Positions 26,860-36,600 are shown, numbered from the stretch's first letter. The stretch is 54,162 bases of DNA from a virus (IMGVR_UViG_3300022827_000011:1-54162); one strand, 5' to 3'. Program-made: numbers and translations. Notes: generated by a model not told the origin, from the sequence alone.

Positions 26860-27439
26860 AAATCTCTTTCCAAGATGTTACTTTAATCATTCCATCAGGA
26901 ATTACCTCATGAGTATTATAACCATGTTCAAAAAGAATAGGGCGCATTCCTAACTTTTGTCCGGCAATTGCATTTTTAAGTAGATCTTCGATCCAAAAGA
27001 ATCCAGTATCTTGATATTTACTTAGTGCTGCATCTTTGGGCAAATGATATTCTAGACATTCAACATATGTAAATGCAGATGTTCCAAACAATTTTTCTAC
27101 GTTCATTTTACGCAGTTTACTAGCAGAAGGATCTTTTCCTAAACTAGTAATACAATGAAATACGTACCCGTGTTCTTCGTGCAATCGTTTAATATAATGC
27201 ACCGAATCTCGAAAAGCTGGAAGGAATCCGATAGCAGCACTTTTGTTAAACTCTTTTATTTTTTCTATAGCAAGCTCACTGCTAATCAAAAATCGTTCTG
27301 CCATGCTGTATACGTTATTTCCGTTTGGTACTTGAGTGAACCCGTTTTGCTCCATCCATACACAAAATGCGTATTCCCAATTACCACAGCATCCGTCAAA
27401 GTCGGTAACAATTATTTTATCATTAGTGCCGAAATGCAT
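26837..27439 (-). CDS. HAD-family 5'(3')-nucleotidase-like protein
   Basis: TDFDG motif I, ITS, K and WIED motifs. Confidence 0.8.
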   Translation of the reverse strand: MHFGTNDKIIVTDFDGCCGNWEYAFCVWMEQNGFTQVPNGNNVYSMAERFLISSELAIEKIKEFNKSAAIGFLPAFRDSVHYIKRLHEEHGYVFHCITSLGKDPSASKLRKMNVEKLFGTSAFTYVECLEYHLPKDAALSKYQDTGFFWIEDLLKNAIAGQKLGMRPILFEHGYNTHEVIPDGMIKVTSWKEIYEHIIDS

Positions 27440-27453
27440 ATTATTCTTTCTTT

Positions 27454-27744
27454 TTAAACTAATCGAAGTCCACTAGTACTTTGCACATACTGTTTGGCCA
27501 TATCTGCATCTGTCTTTACAATAAACAGTATCGATTCTTTTCGCAAGGATATCTTTGCATCTGCGCTAGCACTAAATGTAAACGGACCCAGCCCTAATCC
27601 CTGCTGACTTACTATTAATGCCAGTGGTTTTTGAATAGTAATAGTTTTTTCAGTTTCTTCTACAAAGCGTGCAAGTAGTTCTTCTCCTGCACTAGTACGA
27701 ATAGTAATTGTGTCGTGTGTTTTATATGGAGTTTCAATAATCAT
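27454..27744 (-). CDS. Sm-like fold phage protein
   Basis: TIRTSAGEELLARF.EE....I.KP pattern; YxQxTSG end. Confidence 0.6.
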   Translation of the reverse strand: MIIETPYKTHDTITIRTSAGEELLARFVEETEKTITIQKPLALIVSQQGLGLGPFTFSASADAKISLRKESILFIVKTDADMAKQYVQSTSGLRLV

Positions 27745-27992
27745 AAGGTTAATCCTGTTCCGTTGTATCCCGTTTGTTCGATATATTCTACTAATTGCGT
27801 ATACCCGCCGATTTCGCTACGGTTAATTCTAATTTGCGGAAAGGTCTTAGCATTTGGAAATTGTTCCAACAGTTCCTCTCGATTAAAGTCGGTGCCCAAC
27901 TGAAAGTACACATACTTTAAATGCCGATCCTTGCATAGTTGTGTAGCTTGTTCGCAGTAAGTGCAATCATTTCTGCCGTAAATTTCAATCAT
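27741..27992 (-). CDS. glutaredoxin
   Basis: CTYC, TFPQI, IGGY. Confidence 0.92.
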   Translation of the reverse strand: MIEIYGRNDCTYCEQATQLCKDRHLKYVYFQLGTDFNREELLEQFPNAKTFPQIRINRSEIGGYTQLVEYIEQTGYNGTGLTL

Positions 27993-29116
27993 AGTGAAAA
28001 TCCCTTAAATGTATCGTCGGTTACGTCTTGCTTACTACCTCCGGAAATATAACTGGAAATTTCTGATTCCTGAGGAGCTACTTGTACGTCTGCTCCAGAA
28101 ATCCAAGATTGTGTCCATGGTAACGGATTACTTTTTACACTATAAGGACTCTTGAGATTAACATTATTCATACGACGAGTGCAAATCCATTCAATATAGT
28201 CACTCAACAAAGCAGTGTTGAGTCCAATCATGCTACCATCTTTGAATAGATATTTTGCCCATGCCTTTTCTTGGTCAACTGCATCTACGAACATCTGAAT
28301 ACATTCGGATTCAGTTTCTTGTGCAATTTTTACATAATCAGGATCGTCTGTTTTGAGAATTTTTAGCATTAATTGGGTACTAGCTAAATGAAGATTTTCG
28401 TCTCGGGCAATTAGTTTAATAATCTTTGCATTGCCTTCCATTTTTTTCATTTCAGCAAACGCCCATGAACATGCAAACGAGGTATAGAACCGCACTCCTT
28501 CGAGAATATTTACACTCATTAATGTAAGCCACAGCAATTTCTTTAATTTATACAGGTCAACTACTACTGTTTCGCCGTTTACTATATGGGTGCCTACACC
28601 TAACAAGTTGTAATATCGACTAGTTTGTATAAGGTCGTCGTAATACTTGCTGATGTCGCCGGCGCAATCAACGATTTCTGCAATATCCATCATCTCGTCA
28701 AAAATTTTGCTAGGATTGCTATATACGTTACGTATGATATGAGTGTAACTACGACTGTGTATAGTTTCACTAAACGTCCACGTCTGTATCCAGTTTTCAA
28801 TTTCTGGTAAACTTACAATAGGCGAAAATGCCTCTACTGGTGCTCGACCCTGTACGCTATCTAATAGTATTTGACGTTTAAGATTACTAGTAAAAATGTG
28901 TCGCTCGTGATCAGAAAGTTCCTTGAAGTCCTTGGCATCGTTATAAATATCAATTTCTTGAGGTTGCCAGAAAAACCCCAGTTGTTTTTCAGTTAACTGA
29001 TCAAAACTTTTGTACTTTAGCGTATCGTACCTTTGAATAGTAGGTCCGCCACTAGGGTCAAGAAAAGCTAAAACTTTAGTATGATCGGTTTTGTTTGTAA
29101 TATCAAATACACTCAT
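27989..29116 (-). CDS. nrdB: ribonucleotide reductase class Ia beta subunit
   Basis: FFWQPQE, QILLDSVQGR, ETIHSRSY, LEGVRFY, RDENLH, VAPQE.EI..Y. Confidence 0.97.
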   Translation of the reverse strand: MSVFDITNKTDHTKVLAFLDPSGGPTIQRYDTLKYKSFDQLTEKQLGFFWQPQEIDIYNDAKDFKELSDHERHIFTSNLKRQILLDSVQGRAPVEAFSPIVSLPEIENWIQTWTFSETIHSRSYTHIIRNVYSNPSKIFDEMMDIAEIVDCAGDISKYYDDLIQTSRYYNLLGVGTHIVNGETVVVDLYKLKKLLWLTLMSVNILEGVRFYTSFACSWAFAEMKKMEGNAKIIKLIARDENLHLASTQLMLKILKTDDPDYVKIAQETESECIQMFVDAVDQEKAWAKYLFKDGSMIGLNTALLSDYIEWICTRRMNNVNLKSPYSVKSNPLPWTQSWISGADVQVAPQESEISSYISGGSKQDVTDDTFKGFSL

Positions 29117-29179
29117 TGGTAGTCCTTTTTATTATTCTGTTAACTGTAACACGCTAGTTAAAGCGTGTCAACGTTTATA

Positions 29180-30274
29180 TCAAATAGCACAAGATTCGCA
29201 TATTCCGTCATCGCTGTCTTCCGATGGCAATGTTGGAAGGCCTGCTAATTTGTTAACATCTAATTCGCCCTGACCGTCATTGGTTTGGAAGTAGTAAAGC
29301 TGCTTTCCTCCAAATTTGTAAAACATTAATAATTCTTGTAACATTACGCTCATTGGGATCTTTTCATCTTCGTAGAATGCCGGATTATGACTAGTATTTG
29401 TGCTTATACCTTGATCGATATATTTTTGTAATACTGCCATAATCTTCAAATATCCCTGCGGCGACTTTTGATCCCACAGTAAATCGTATTTGTTTTTTAA
29501 TCTTTTGTATTCGGGAACAACTTGTTTTAGAACCCCGTGTTTGCTTTGCTTAACGCTAATTAAACTACGAGGCGGTTCGATACCATTTGTGGCGTTAGCT
29601 ACCTGCGCTGATGTTTCTGCCGGCATTAAACAAGAAGTAGTTGCATTACGAATACCAGTTGCTTTGAGTTGTTTACGTAATCCTACCCAGTCTTGACGCT
29701 CGACATGAGGAACTAGTTCGTCAACTGCTTTTTTATAAGTTTGATTTGGAGTGATTCCTTGTCCGTATTTAGTTTGATCGACTCTTGTACATGCGCCTTT
29801 TTCTACAGCTAGATCTGCACTGGCTTTAATAAGCCAATAACTCCAAGCTTCGGCCCATTCGTCTACGAGTGCAAGTCCGTTAGCATTGATATGTTGATAA
29901 GTTAGATCGTTCTTTGCTAACCAGTAAGCAAAATTAATAATACCCACTCCTAATGGTCTAAATTCTTCGGTACTTAGTCGTGCAGCAAGAACTGGATAAT
30001 TTTGATAATCTAGTAATGCATCTAATCCACGAATTGCAAGTCTACATACTCTCTCAAAATCGTCTGTAGTCTTGATATTACCCCAATTTATTGCACTAAG
30101 AGTACATAAAGATATACGACCATCGGGGTCATTTAGGTCATTAAGTGGGCGAGTCGGAAGGTCAATTTCTGAGCAATTGTGAACCAGTATGCCATTTGCA
30201 TAAAAGTTTTCATTTCCTTCTACAGTGATGTCATATACCGGCTCGATTGTAGCTAATTTTGTTATTGTTATCAT
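29180..30274 (-). CDS. nrdA: NrdA C-terminal fragment fused to split-intein C-half (33 aa)
   Basis: MITIT...VYDITV...NFYANGILVHN|CSEI, then RPLGVG, ANATNGIEP, KYIDQGIS, KQLYY and C-terminal CESC; AGAGG SD. Confidence 0.93.
   Translation of the reverse strand: MITITKLATIEPVYDITVEGNENFYANGILVHNCSEIDLPTRPLNDLNDPDGRISLCTLSAINWGNIKTTDDFERVCRLAIRGLDALLDYQNYPVLAARLSTEEFRPLGVGIINFAYWLAKNDLTYQHINANGLALVDEWAEAWSYWLIKASADLAVEKGACTRVDQTKYGQGITPNQTYKKAVDELVPHVERQDWVGLRKQLKATGIRNATTSCLMPAETSAQVANATNGIEPPRSLISVKQSKHGVLKQVVPEYKRLKNKYDLLWDQKSPQGYLKIMAVLQKYIDQGISTNTSHNPAFYEDEKIPMSVMLQELLMFYKFGGKQLYYFQTNDGQGELDVNKLAGLPTLPSEDSDDGICESCAI
30176..30274 (-). mobile_element. split intein C-fragment (IntC)
   Basis: Blocks F (VYDITV) and G (VHN) followed by +1 Cys. 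Confidence 0.9.
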
Positions 30275-30354
30275 AATATTCTTCCTCTGTTCCAATTCCT
30301 AATAATCGGATGTGTTGCTTTAATATGTTTATTTTCTCGCCGCCTGTAATTCAT
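30271..30354 (-). pseudogene. 27-aa mini-ORF, possible homing endonuclease remnant
   Basis: MNYRRRENKHIKATHPIIRNWNRGRIL*; its stop overlaps the IntC ATG; AATAAATA upstream. Confidence 0.4.
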
Positions 30355-30399
30355 ATTTGCATTCCAGACTTATTTATTCATGTATGTACGGAGAAATTA

Positions 30400-32472
30400 T
30401 TACTTACAAATTAACAACACGTCGGTTTCTGTTAAGTCAACTGCCATCACATAACCGCGATTCTTAGTATAGATTAGATGATCGCCTGTACATTTAATCC
30501 TGACTCCTGCTGCATTATCTACAATTTCATATAATTCTGCTGCTGGGTTCATTAATGCAAAATTGGTAATTTTCTTGTATTCGGTTACATCTGTTTCAAT
30601 ATTATATGACCGTACAGCGACGCTATTATGTAACTTCATTAAGTTACCCAAGTCTTCGATGTTGATGCGTAACTTGTTATCGTCGGCAATAATGTCAATC
30701 TTTGTATCACCAGTAACACATAAATTTGACATCTTGATGGGTGCAAACTCTGGTAGGAAGCTGCCTTGTTCGTTGGCGTTGTCCACGTTCTGCAAATAGA
30801 TTCTGCCTGTAGACTTGCGTTCTTCCATGAATGCACTAAACAGATCAATTGCTTTAACCGACTTTTTGCGTACAGTTGGGTTGTGTTCTGCTGCTTCGTA
30901 TAGCTCACGGAATCGCGGTTGGTCTGCAAAGAATGCATCGTATAATCCCGGTACGTCACTAGGCGAAAATAATGTAATGTTACCGCCTTGAATTAATCTC
31001 TCGTACATTAGCTTATTAAATTGTACACCGTAATCTAAATGCCGAATTCGATTTTCTTCTGTGCCTTTGTTGTTCTTAAGCACCAGCATATCTTCTACTT
31101 CTAGATGCCATAGCGGATAGTATGCTGTAGCAGCACCGCCTCTTACCGAACCCTGGCTGTTATGAGTTAACACCATCGAGTCAGACACCGACGAACTTGC
31201 AAAGAATGTATTAGTGTCTTCTACTGTAATGTCAACATACCCTGTTGGATTTTGTTGTCCAACTGTAATCGAATATAAATGTACAATGCCATTTTCTGAA
31301 ATAACGTTGTCAAATTCTGTAAGTTCTTGTGGATATTTTTGTGTTACAACATCGTTATCTACAATCATAATTGGATGATTTACACTACAATTTATTACTG
31401 TTCCGTTTGTAAATTCTAGTCTAACCTGCCGGTCTTCTGTTACTAGTGTATCCCATTTGTTAACAACTTTTCGATATACAATATTTCCGTCTTGATATGA
31501 TTTAATTTTCATTCCGGTATTAAGATCTGCAATACGGATTTTTTTTGTGTTTGGATCAATAATATCTTCGTTGATTATTTCAACAATAGTATCCGGAGTT
31601 AGGCAGCAACTCTTTACAGCCGACTGGAACAACTTATAAAAGGGAATTACTCCTGTATGATATGCATCTCCCTTGCGAATTGGAGAACCGATAGCACGGA
31701 TACTGCCAGCGCCAATTCCAATACCAGCTTTTTGACTTACATACTTTACAATGGCACTGGAAGTAGCATTAATACTGTCTAAGCTATCTCCGGCTTCAAT
31801 TAGCACACAACTACTGAATTGGCGTTGTGGTGTACGTACACCTGCCATAACAGGCGTGGGTAAGCTAATATCGTGTTGACTAATTGCATCATAATATTCT
31901 TTAACCCATTTAATCCTAGTTTCAATGGGGTATTCCTGAAATAATGTAGCAGCAATCAATATGTAACACATTTGTGGTGTTTCAAAGATGTCTCCGGTGG
32001 CACGATTTTGTACCAGATACTTTCCACGTAATTGTTCCATTGCAACATAGGTAAGAGTTTCGTCGCGCTCGTGCTTAATAAAACTATTGATCTTTTCCCA
32101 TTCAAGATCACTGTATTTTGTAGTTAATTCGGGATCGTAGAATCCTGTAGCAGTATTACGGTCAACTAGTTGCTTGACAGTACAAGGAGTAAAACTACCG
32201 TATACTTCCTTACGTAGTGCATAATTAATTAGCCTGCCGCCAACATATTGATAATTCGGAGTATCTTCGTTGATAAGGTCGGCCGCAGCTTTAATTAACG
32301 TTTCTTGAATTTCTTTCGTAGTCATTCCATTATAAAACTGAATTTGACTCTTAATTTCTACTTCGCTTGGGCTCACTCCTGTTATACCTTCACATGCAAA
32401 AAATACCACTTGGTGGATTTTTTCAATATTTAGAGGTTCTTTCGTGCCGCCACGCTTAGTAACTTGAATCAT
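30400..32472 (-). CDS. nrdA: NrdA N-terminal fragment with cis mini-intein and terminal split-intein N-half
   Basis: ATP cone (VTKRGG..E), PTPVMAG, QFSSC, AGIGI, KSC|intein|SQG.VRGG, and SNL|CVTGDT... Confidence 0.95.
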   Translation of the reverse strand: MIQVTKRGGTKEPLNIEKIHQVVFFACEGITGVSPSEVEIKSQIQFYNGMTTKEIQETLIKAAADLINEDTPNYQYVGGRLINYALRKEVYGSFTPCTVKQLVDRNTATGFYDPELTTKYSDLEWEKINSFIKHERDETLTYVAMEQLRGKYLVQNRATGDIFETPQMCYILIAATLFQEYPIETRIKWVKEYYDAISQHDISLPTPVMAGVRTPQRQFSSCVLIEAGDSLDSINATSSAIVKYVSQKAGIGIGAGSIRAIGSPIRKGDAYHTGVIPFYKLFQSAVKSCCLTPDTIVEIINEDIIDPNTKKIRIADLNTGMKIKSYQDGNIVYRKVVNKWDTLVTEDRQVRLEFTNGTVINCSVNHPIMIVDNDVVTQKYPQELTEFDNVISENGIVHLYSITVGQQNPTGYVDITVEDTNTFFASSSVSDSMVLTHNSQGSVRGGAATAYYPLWHLEVEDMLVLKNNKGTEENRIRHLDYGVQFNKLMYERLIQGGNITLFSPSDVPGLYDAFFADQPRFRELYEAAEHNPTVRKKSVKAIDLFSAFMEERKSTGRIYLQNVDNANEQGSFLPEFAPIKMSNLCVTGDTKIDIIADDNKLRINIEDLGNLMKLHNSVAVRSYNIETDVTEYKKITNFALMNPAAELYEIVDNAAGVRIKCTGDHLIYTKNRGYVMAVDLTETDVLLICK
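30403..30720 (-). mobile_element. split intein N-fragment (IntN, 106 aa)
   Basis: Block A CVTGDTKI, block B CTGDH; ends RGYVMAVDLTETDVLL then stop. Confidence 0.9.
31159..31605 (-). mobile_element. contiguous mini-intein (149 aa, no endonuclease)
   Basis: CLTPDT start, CSVNHP block B, YVDITVEDTNTF block F, THN|S end. Confidence 0.9.
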
Positions 32473-32517
32473 AGTGCTGTCCTTTTAATTTTTTTAGTAA
32501 CTGGATATTTATAGTAT

Positions 32518-32934
32518 TCAGTTCATAGTATATATTGTTTCGATTAATATAGTAGTGGGCAAGTCACTGCAATTTATAGCAGTTTTACGATCGTATCCGA
32601 TAATCATATTATCTATATGCAATAGATACAACGATTCTGAAGATGCAGTGTCTTTACAAATATGTATCTCGGCGGCAGTTTCTGCAAATCGATCAGTTAA
32701 TTTCAATGTGTAAAACATACCCAACAATAGTGCAAACTTACAATATTGGTTTTCATTAAGTAGCTGCCATGGAGTTGGCCAAGATTTTCTATCATAGGGG
32801 TCAACTTGAAAGTTTACAATTGGTGCCCGGTTATAAAACGTTATTGTGTCTTGTATTGGATTAGGTGCCGTTTCTAAACTATTTCTAAAATCTAGCCATG
32901 CCTGTAGCCGCGTTAGTTCTTTTTTATCAAACAT
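32518..32934 (-). CDS. conserved phage hypothetical protein
   Basis: WPTPWxLLxxNxYC motif. Confidence 0.75.
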   Translation of the reverse strand: MFDKKELTRLQAWLDFRNSLETAPNPIQDTITFYNRAPIVNFQVDPYDRKSWPTPWQLLNENQYCKFALLLGMFYTLKLTDRFAETAAEIHICKDTASSESLYLLHIDNMIIGYDRKTAINCSDLPTTILIETIYTMN

Positions 32935-34550
32935 TAAGTTTTAACTCTAATAGTGTATGTAAATTTATCATTAACCGTGGTGTTGGTATTAATTACGGCT
33001 AAACTTATAGTGTCGTTGACAGTGTTTATAGTATCTAAACTAGCAGTAAATTGCATTGCAGTGCTATAAGTTACAACGTTTAATGACGGTTTTACCATAA
33101 ATGCATACTCGTCGTTGAGTTGTACTGCAGGCGACCCTGCTCGTGTATCTACTAACATTGTTAATGTGCCGTTCCTAACTATACCATTAAAGTCTTCGGT
33201 ATAAAGATAGTCAACAATTATTGTACCGGTATGAAGTGCAGGAAACTTTAATAACGAAGATATTGTTAATCTTTCTCCAACCGGAATTTCGTTTGCATAT
33301 CTATTATTGTACAACGTTCTTCCGGATACCTCTGGAACATATCTTACATTGTATCCAGCATCGTTGATAGAGTTTGGTGTTAGAAATTGAGTACGCTCAA
33401 AATAATCCTGCTCGCTAAGATTAGTAATACTAGTAAAACTAATACAAGGCACAATATTTACTATACTTGCACCGCCTCCATTTCCTACACCAAAGAACTT
33501 ATTACCTTTACTAGTATTATACTCGCCGCTTGTAATTAATATGCCTTGGTTATCTATCATATCAAATGTACAATTTTCTATGGTGTTGAATACCGGTCCG
33601 GTATTCATTCCTACCGTTCCTATACTACTGTTTGTACCAAATGCTATACCGTATTTACACATATATATTTTAGAACCATTCCACGTGTTTTCTCTTATGT
33701 CATAATCACTATACACTGGATAATGGAATCCGTCAATCTCTATATTCTTAAAAGTATTACGCTTCGTTTCTACTGTACCTGCACTAGTATTTCGGTTATT
33801 TAGTAATATACCAATTAGACCGGGATCATTGCCACCAGTAGTCCATGTTCCTACAAACTTAATATTTTCAAATTTACTGTAGACGCAATCAACGACGTTG
33901 AGAGCAATGTTACTACCGGTAACTCTCAACGTAAAATCTGACATGTCTATATAACGTGGTTGATTGGGGGTAGCATCGTTATACGGAGTAGTAGTGTCTA
34001 TGTCGTTGGTACTGTTTACTGTTTTAAATATATCACTGTTGTCACTAACAAATATAGTTTTTTCTTTTCCTGCGCCGCGAATGGTAGCATACGGAGGCAA
34101 CATAATAGTTTCACTAATAACATAAACTCCGGGAGGAAAGTATAGTATTACTCTATTAGTTACCTCGGCATTGAGAAACAAACTAGATACTGCGGTTTGT
34201 ATTGCAACTGTTTGATCAGTTCCGTCGCCGGTTGCTCCGAAGCTAGTAATACTGATAAAATCATCTAGTCTTGATTGCAAACTTCTTGAAAATGGAACAG
34301 TACTTCCCCAAAGAACACTATTTGGTTTGTAAGTATATTGTTCTACAAGATCAAAAATGTTATCGTGCTCGGTTAGTATCTTTGTATTACCTACTGCTGG
34401 AGCACCTTCACTTACACTGCCATTACCAATATACATTTCTTGAGTATCTATTGCCCACCCGAGTTCGCCGGATGCTAGCTGCGGCATTCCTGTTGACGTT
34501 AGCTTGCGTCCTCTACGATTTTGAATTTTGGAGATTTGTAAAATAGCCAT
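32934..34550 (-). CDS. tail fiber/spike-like protein with beta-helix (pectate lyase 3-like) domain
   Basis: N-terminal IQxRRG..LASGELGW..D..YIGNG anchor motif; FGATGDG.DQT.AIQ...LYFPPGVY; Asn-rich beta-helix. Confidence 0.8.
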   Translation of the reverse strand: MAILQISKIQNRRGRKLTSTGMPQLASGELGWAIDTQEMYIGNGSVSEGAPAVGNTKILTEHDNIFDLVEQYTYKPNSVLWGSTVPFSRSLQSRLDDFISITSFGATGDGTDQTVAIQTAVSSLFLNAEVTNRVILYFPPGVYVISETIMLPPYATIRGAGKEKTIFVSDNSDIFKTVNSTNDIDTTTPYNDATPNQPRYIDMSDFTLRVTGSNIALNVVDCVYSKFENIKFVGTWTTGGNDPGLIGILLNNRNTSAGTVETKRNTFKNIEIDGFHYPVYSDYDIRENTWNGSKIYMCKYGIAFGTNSSIGTVGMNTGPVFNTIENCTFDMIDNQGILITSGEYNTSKGNKFFGVGNGGGASIVNIVPCISFTSITNLSEQDYFERTQFLTPNSINDAGYNVRYVPEVSGRTLYNNRYANEIPVGERLTISSLLKFPALHTGTIIVDYLYTEDFNGIVRNGTLTMLVDTRAGSPAVQLNDEYAFMVKPSLNVVTYSTAMQFTASLDTINTVNDTISLAVINTNTTVNDKFTYTIRVKT

Positions 34551-34746
34551 CTCTTACCCCTACATTAATTTATTATTAGTATTTATCGTATTGAGTATGT
34601 TTGATATTCGGCTGTACATCATTGCGGAAATTGAAACCTACTAATGATTTTGATTGCACCTTGTTTTTTATTTTCTTATCTAATTATATAAGCTTGATCT
34701 TATTTTGTATGTTTTAACTTGGTATCAACTTTAGTCCCCAAATTAA

Positions 34747-35430
34747 TTATACAAACTTACTATAATAGTCGTGAACGCGATCCCAAGCTTTGTAACACCA
34801 GTCGTTCCATTCGCTAGGCCAAATGTCAAATTGTTGATACTCTAAATCTCTTGAACACATAAACACATGCCCTTCTTGTATATCAGTGCCATGTACTGCA
34901 TTGTGGGCCATTCCGTACATTGCTAACTGCAAGTAATAATCTTCAACCCATTCGTCCTTCTTGGGTTTATTTGTTTGTTTAAAATCAAGAATTGCAGGGT
35001 TACCTTTATATTGTCCAACTAGATCAGTTGTACCGGCATAGATACCTGGTACATAAAGAGGAACTTCGCTTCCCCATATCTCGTCGACGTTACACATTGC
35101 ACGATCTCGTATCACTTCTGCCATGCTATATGCCTTTTGCGCATAAGGATTGCTTCCTGGACTGTTGGGCCATACTCCGTTATCTACATAATACTCGAGG
35201 TATTTGTGCATCCGAGTTCCGATGCCGCCTGCTTCGACTGTAATCTCTTGAGCTTTTGCATGTCCTACTCTATTACGCCAGGCCATGAGATGTGTCTGGT
35301 CTTTGGTAGCTGATAGTATAGTTGTTACACTTGCCACCGGCGGTCCTCCTGGTACAGCATATCTACGTTTGCCGTCCACTTCGACTCGCTTTAATTTTTC
35401 ATAAATGTATCTGGGTTTAATTAATGTCAT
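34747..35430 (-). CDS. PD-(D/E)XK exonuclease
   Basis: SVTTIL, GTRMH, E..L...AGTTD....DFK, Y.LQL..Y. Confidence 0.85.
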   Translation of the reverse strand: MTLIKPRYIYEKLKRVEVDGKRRYAVPGGPPVASVTTILSATKDQTHLMAWRNRVGHAKAQEITVEAGGIGTRMHKYLEYYVDNGVWPNSPGSNPYAQKAYSMAEVIRDRAMCNVDEIWGSEVPLYVPGIYAGTTDLVGQYKGNPAILDFKQTNKPKKDEWVEDYYLQLAMYGMAHNAVHGTDIQEGHVFMCSRDLEYQQFDIWPSEWNDWCYKAWDRVHDYYSKFV

Positions 35431-35465
35431 AACAAATTATATAATAAAATTAAACAACTGTCAAG

Positions 35466-35780
35466 TTATAACTTACTGCCTAGATCGGTTGCACGTTTTG
35501 CCATTTGGTTAACTGTTGTTCTAGAGGTTGTAGGAGCTGAATTAATATCATCAATTTCGCTAGTCTTAAGGGTAATTAAGTTTTGTGTAAAATCGCTAAT
35601 TAGTTCGGCTATACGAGGATCGCTATCAAATGCAAGCTTTAACGTGTCGTAGTTAAATTGCGGCGATCCCATGTTTGACATGTATTTGTTTAATTGGTTA
35701 AAAGGAACCTCTATCATGTTACGATCTTTTAAAAGATTTAGCACACGATAGAGTTTATTTGTTTCAGTACCTTCGGTTAC
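35466..35780 (-). CDS. late protein, probably the -1 frameshift extension of the upstream gene
   Basis: Frame is open from the A9G run at the upstream stop; no SD-led ATG at its 5' end. Confidence 0.6.
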   Translation of the reverse strand, partial: VTEGTETNKLYRVLNLLKDRNMIEVPFNQLNKYMSNMGSPQFNYDTLKLAFDSDPRIAELISDFTQNLITLKTSEIDDINSAPTTSRTTVNQMAKRATDLGSKL

Positions 35781-36568
35781 TTTTTTTTTGAAAGTACGCG
35801 AGTTAATCGTGCGCCATTGACCGATTCTTTCTTAACTGATTTAACAATACGGTCGATACGGTCGATACTTTCGCGCTTGGCACGATCGGCTGTCATATTC
35901 CCGCCGCTTGCTGCGGCAGCACTGCCGAAGTCGTCGTCCATTCCGAAGTCTCCATCAAGCTCTCCGTCGACTGTAGGTTCCATAGGCATGTCGTCTGTAC
36001 CCATTGTATCCGCTATGTCTCCTTCGCCGGTTAAATGTCCAACTCCTGCTATTAGTGCAATACGGGTCAATTCTAATGACGAATAAAGACTTTCGAGACT
36101 AGGCTTAACACTAAGTGTAAACAACTCGGCTGCTTCCTGTCCCATTTCGGCGCGGATTGCATCTGCTAATTCCAGCATACTTTCTGTTTGCATTTCAGCA
36201 GTATCTTCCATCCAACCTGTAACACGGTCTACCATTTCCTTGGCAGCCATTACTAATTCGGCTTTGTCTTCAGCACCTTCGTATAATGTGCTTTCTTCCA
36301 GTGACTCGTCTTCAATGTCTCCGCGCTCGCTAATGGCTGCATTTAGCACATCTAACATCATTTTTGATTTTTGGTATGTGGCATTTTGTACACTGTCAAA
36401 ACTTTCGTTAGTTTCAACTTGACTAAGCTTGGTACGAACTTTATTGCGAACATCTTGCAGTTGTTCGAGCGTAAAGCTATCCAGGTTAATTCGTTGTCCA
36501 AATCGTGCTGCTAAACTTTCATTTAGACTTTTAGAAGTTACTGGCTTTGAAAATTCTCTTACTTGCAT
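35777..36568 (-). CDS. acidic prohead core/scaffold-like protein
   Basis: Acidic and helical, multiple L/I-x-E sites, GATAAATA upstream. Confidence 0.6.
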   Translation of the reverse strand: MQVREFSKPVTSKSLNESLAARFGQRINLDSFTLEQLQDVRNKVRTKLSQVETNESFDSVQNATYQKSKMMLDVLNAAISERGDIEDESLEESTLYEGAEDKAELVMAAKEMVDRVTGWMEDTAEMQTESMLELADAIRAEMGQEAAELFTLSVKPSLESLYSSLELTRIALIAGVGHLTGEGDIADTMGTDDMPMEPTVDGELDGDFGMDDDFGSAAAASGGNMTADRAKRESIDRIDRIVKSVKKESVNGARLTRVLSKKK

Positions 36569-36600
36569 GTTTATGTTCCCTGATAGGTTGTTATTTTTAT

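Noticed and set aside
30275-30399. Group I intron interrupting nrdA
   Set aside because: Only ~125 nt with no P-Q-R-S core, and the downstream half has its own SD and ATG.
34747-35430. Cas4 / CRISPR adaptation gene
   Set aside because: PD-(D/E)XK motifs only, without the four-Cys Fe-S pattern or a cas context; a stand-alone phage exonuclease.
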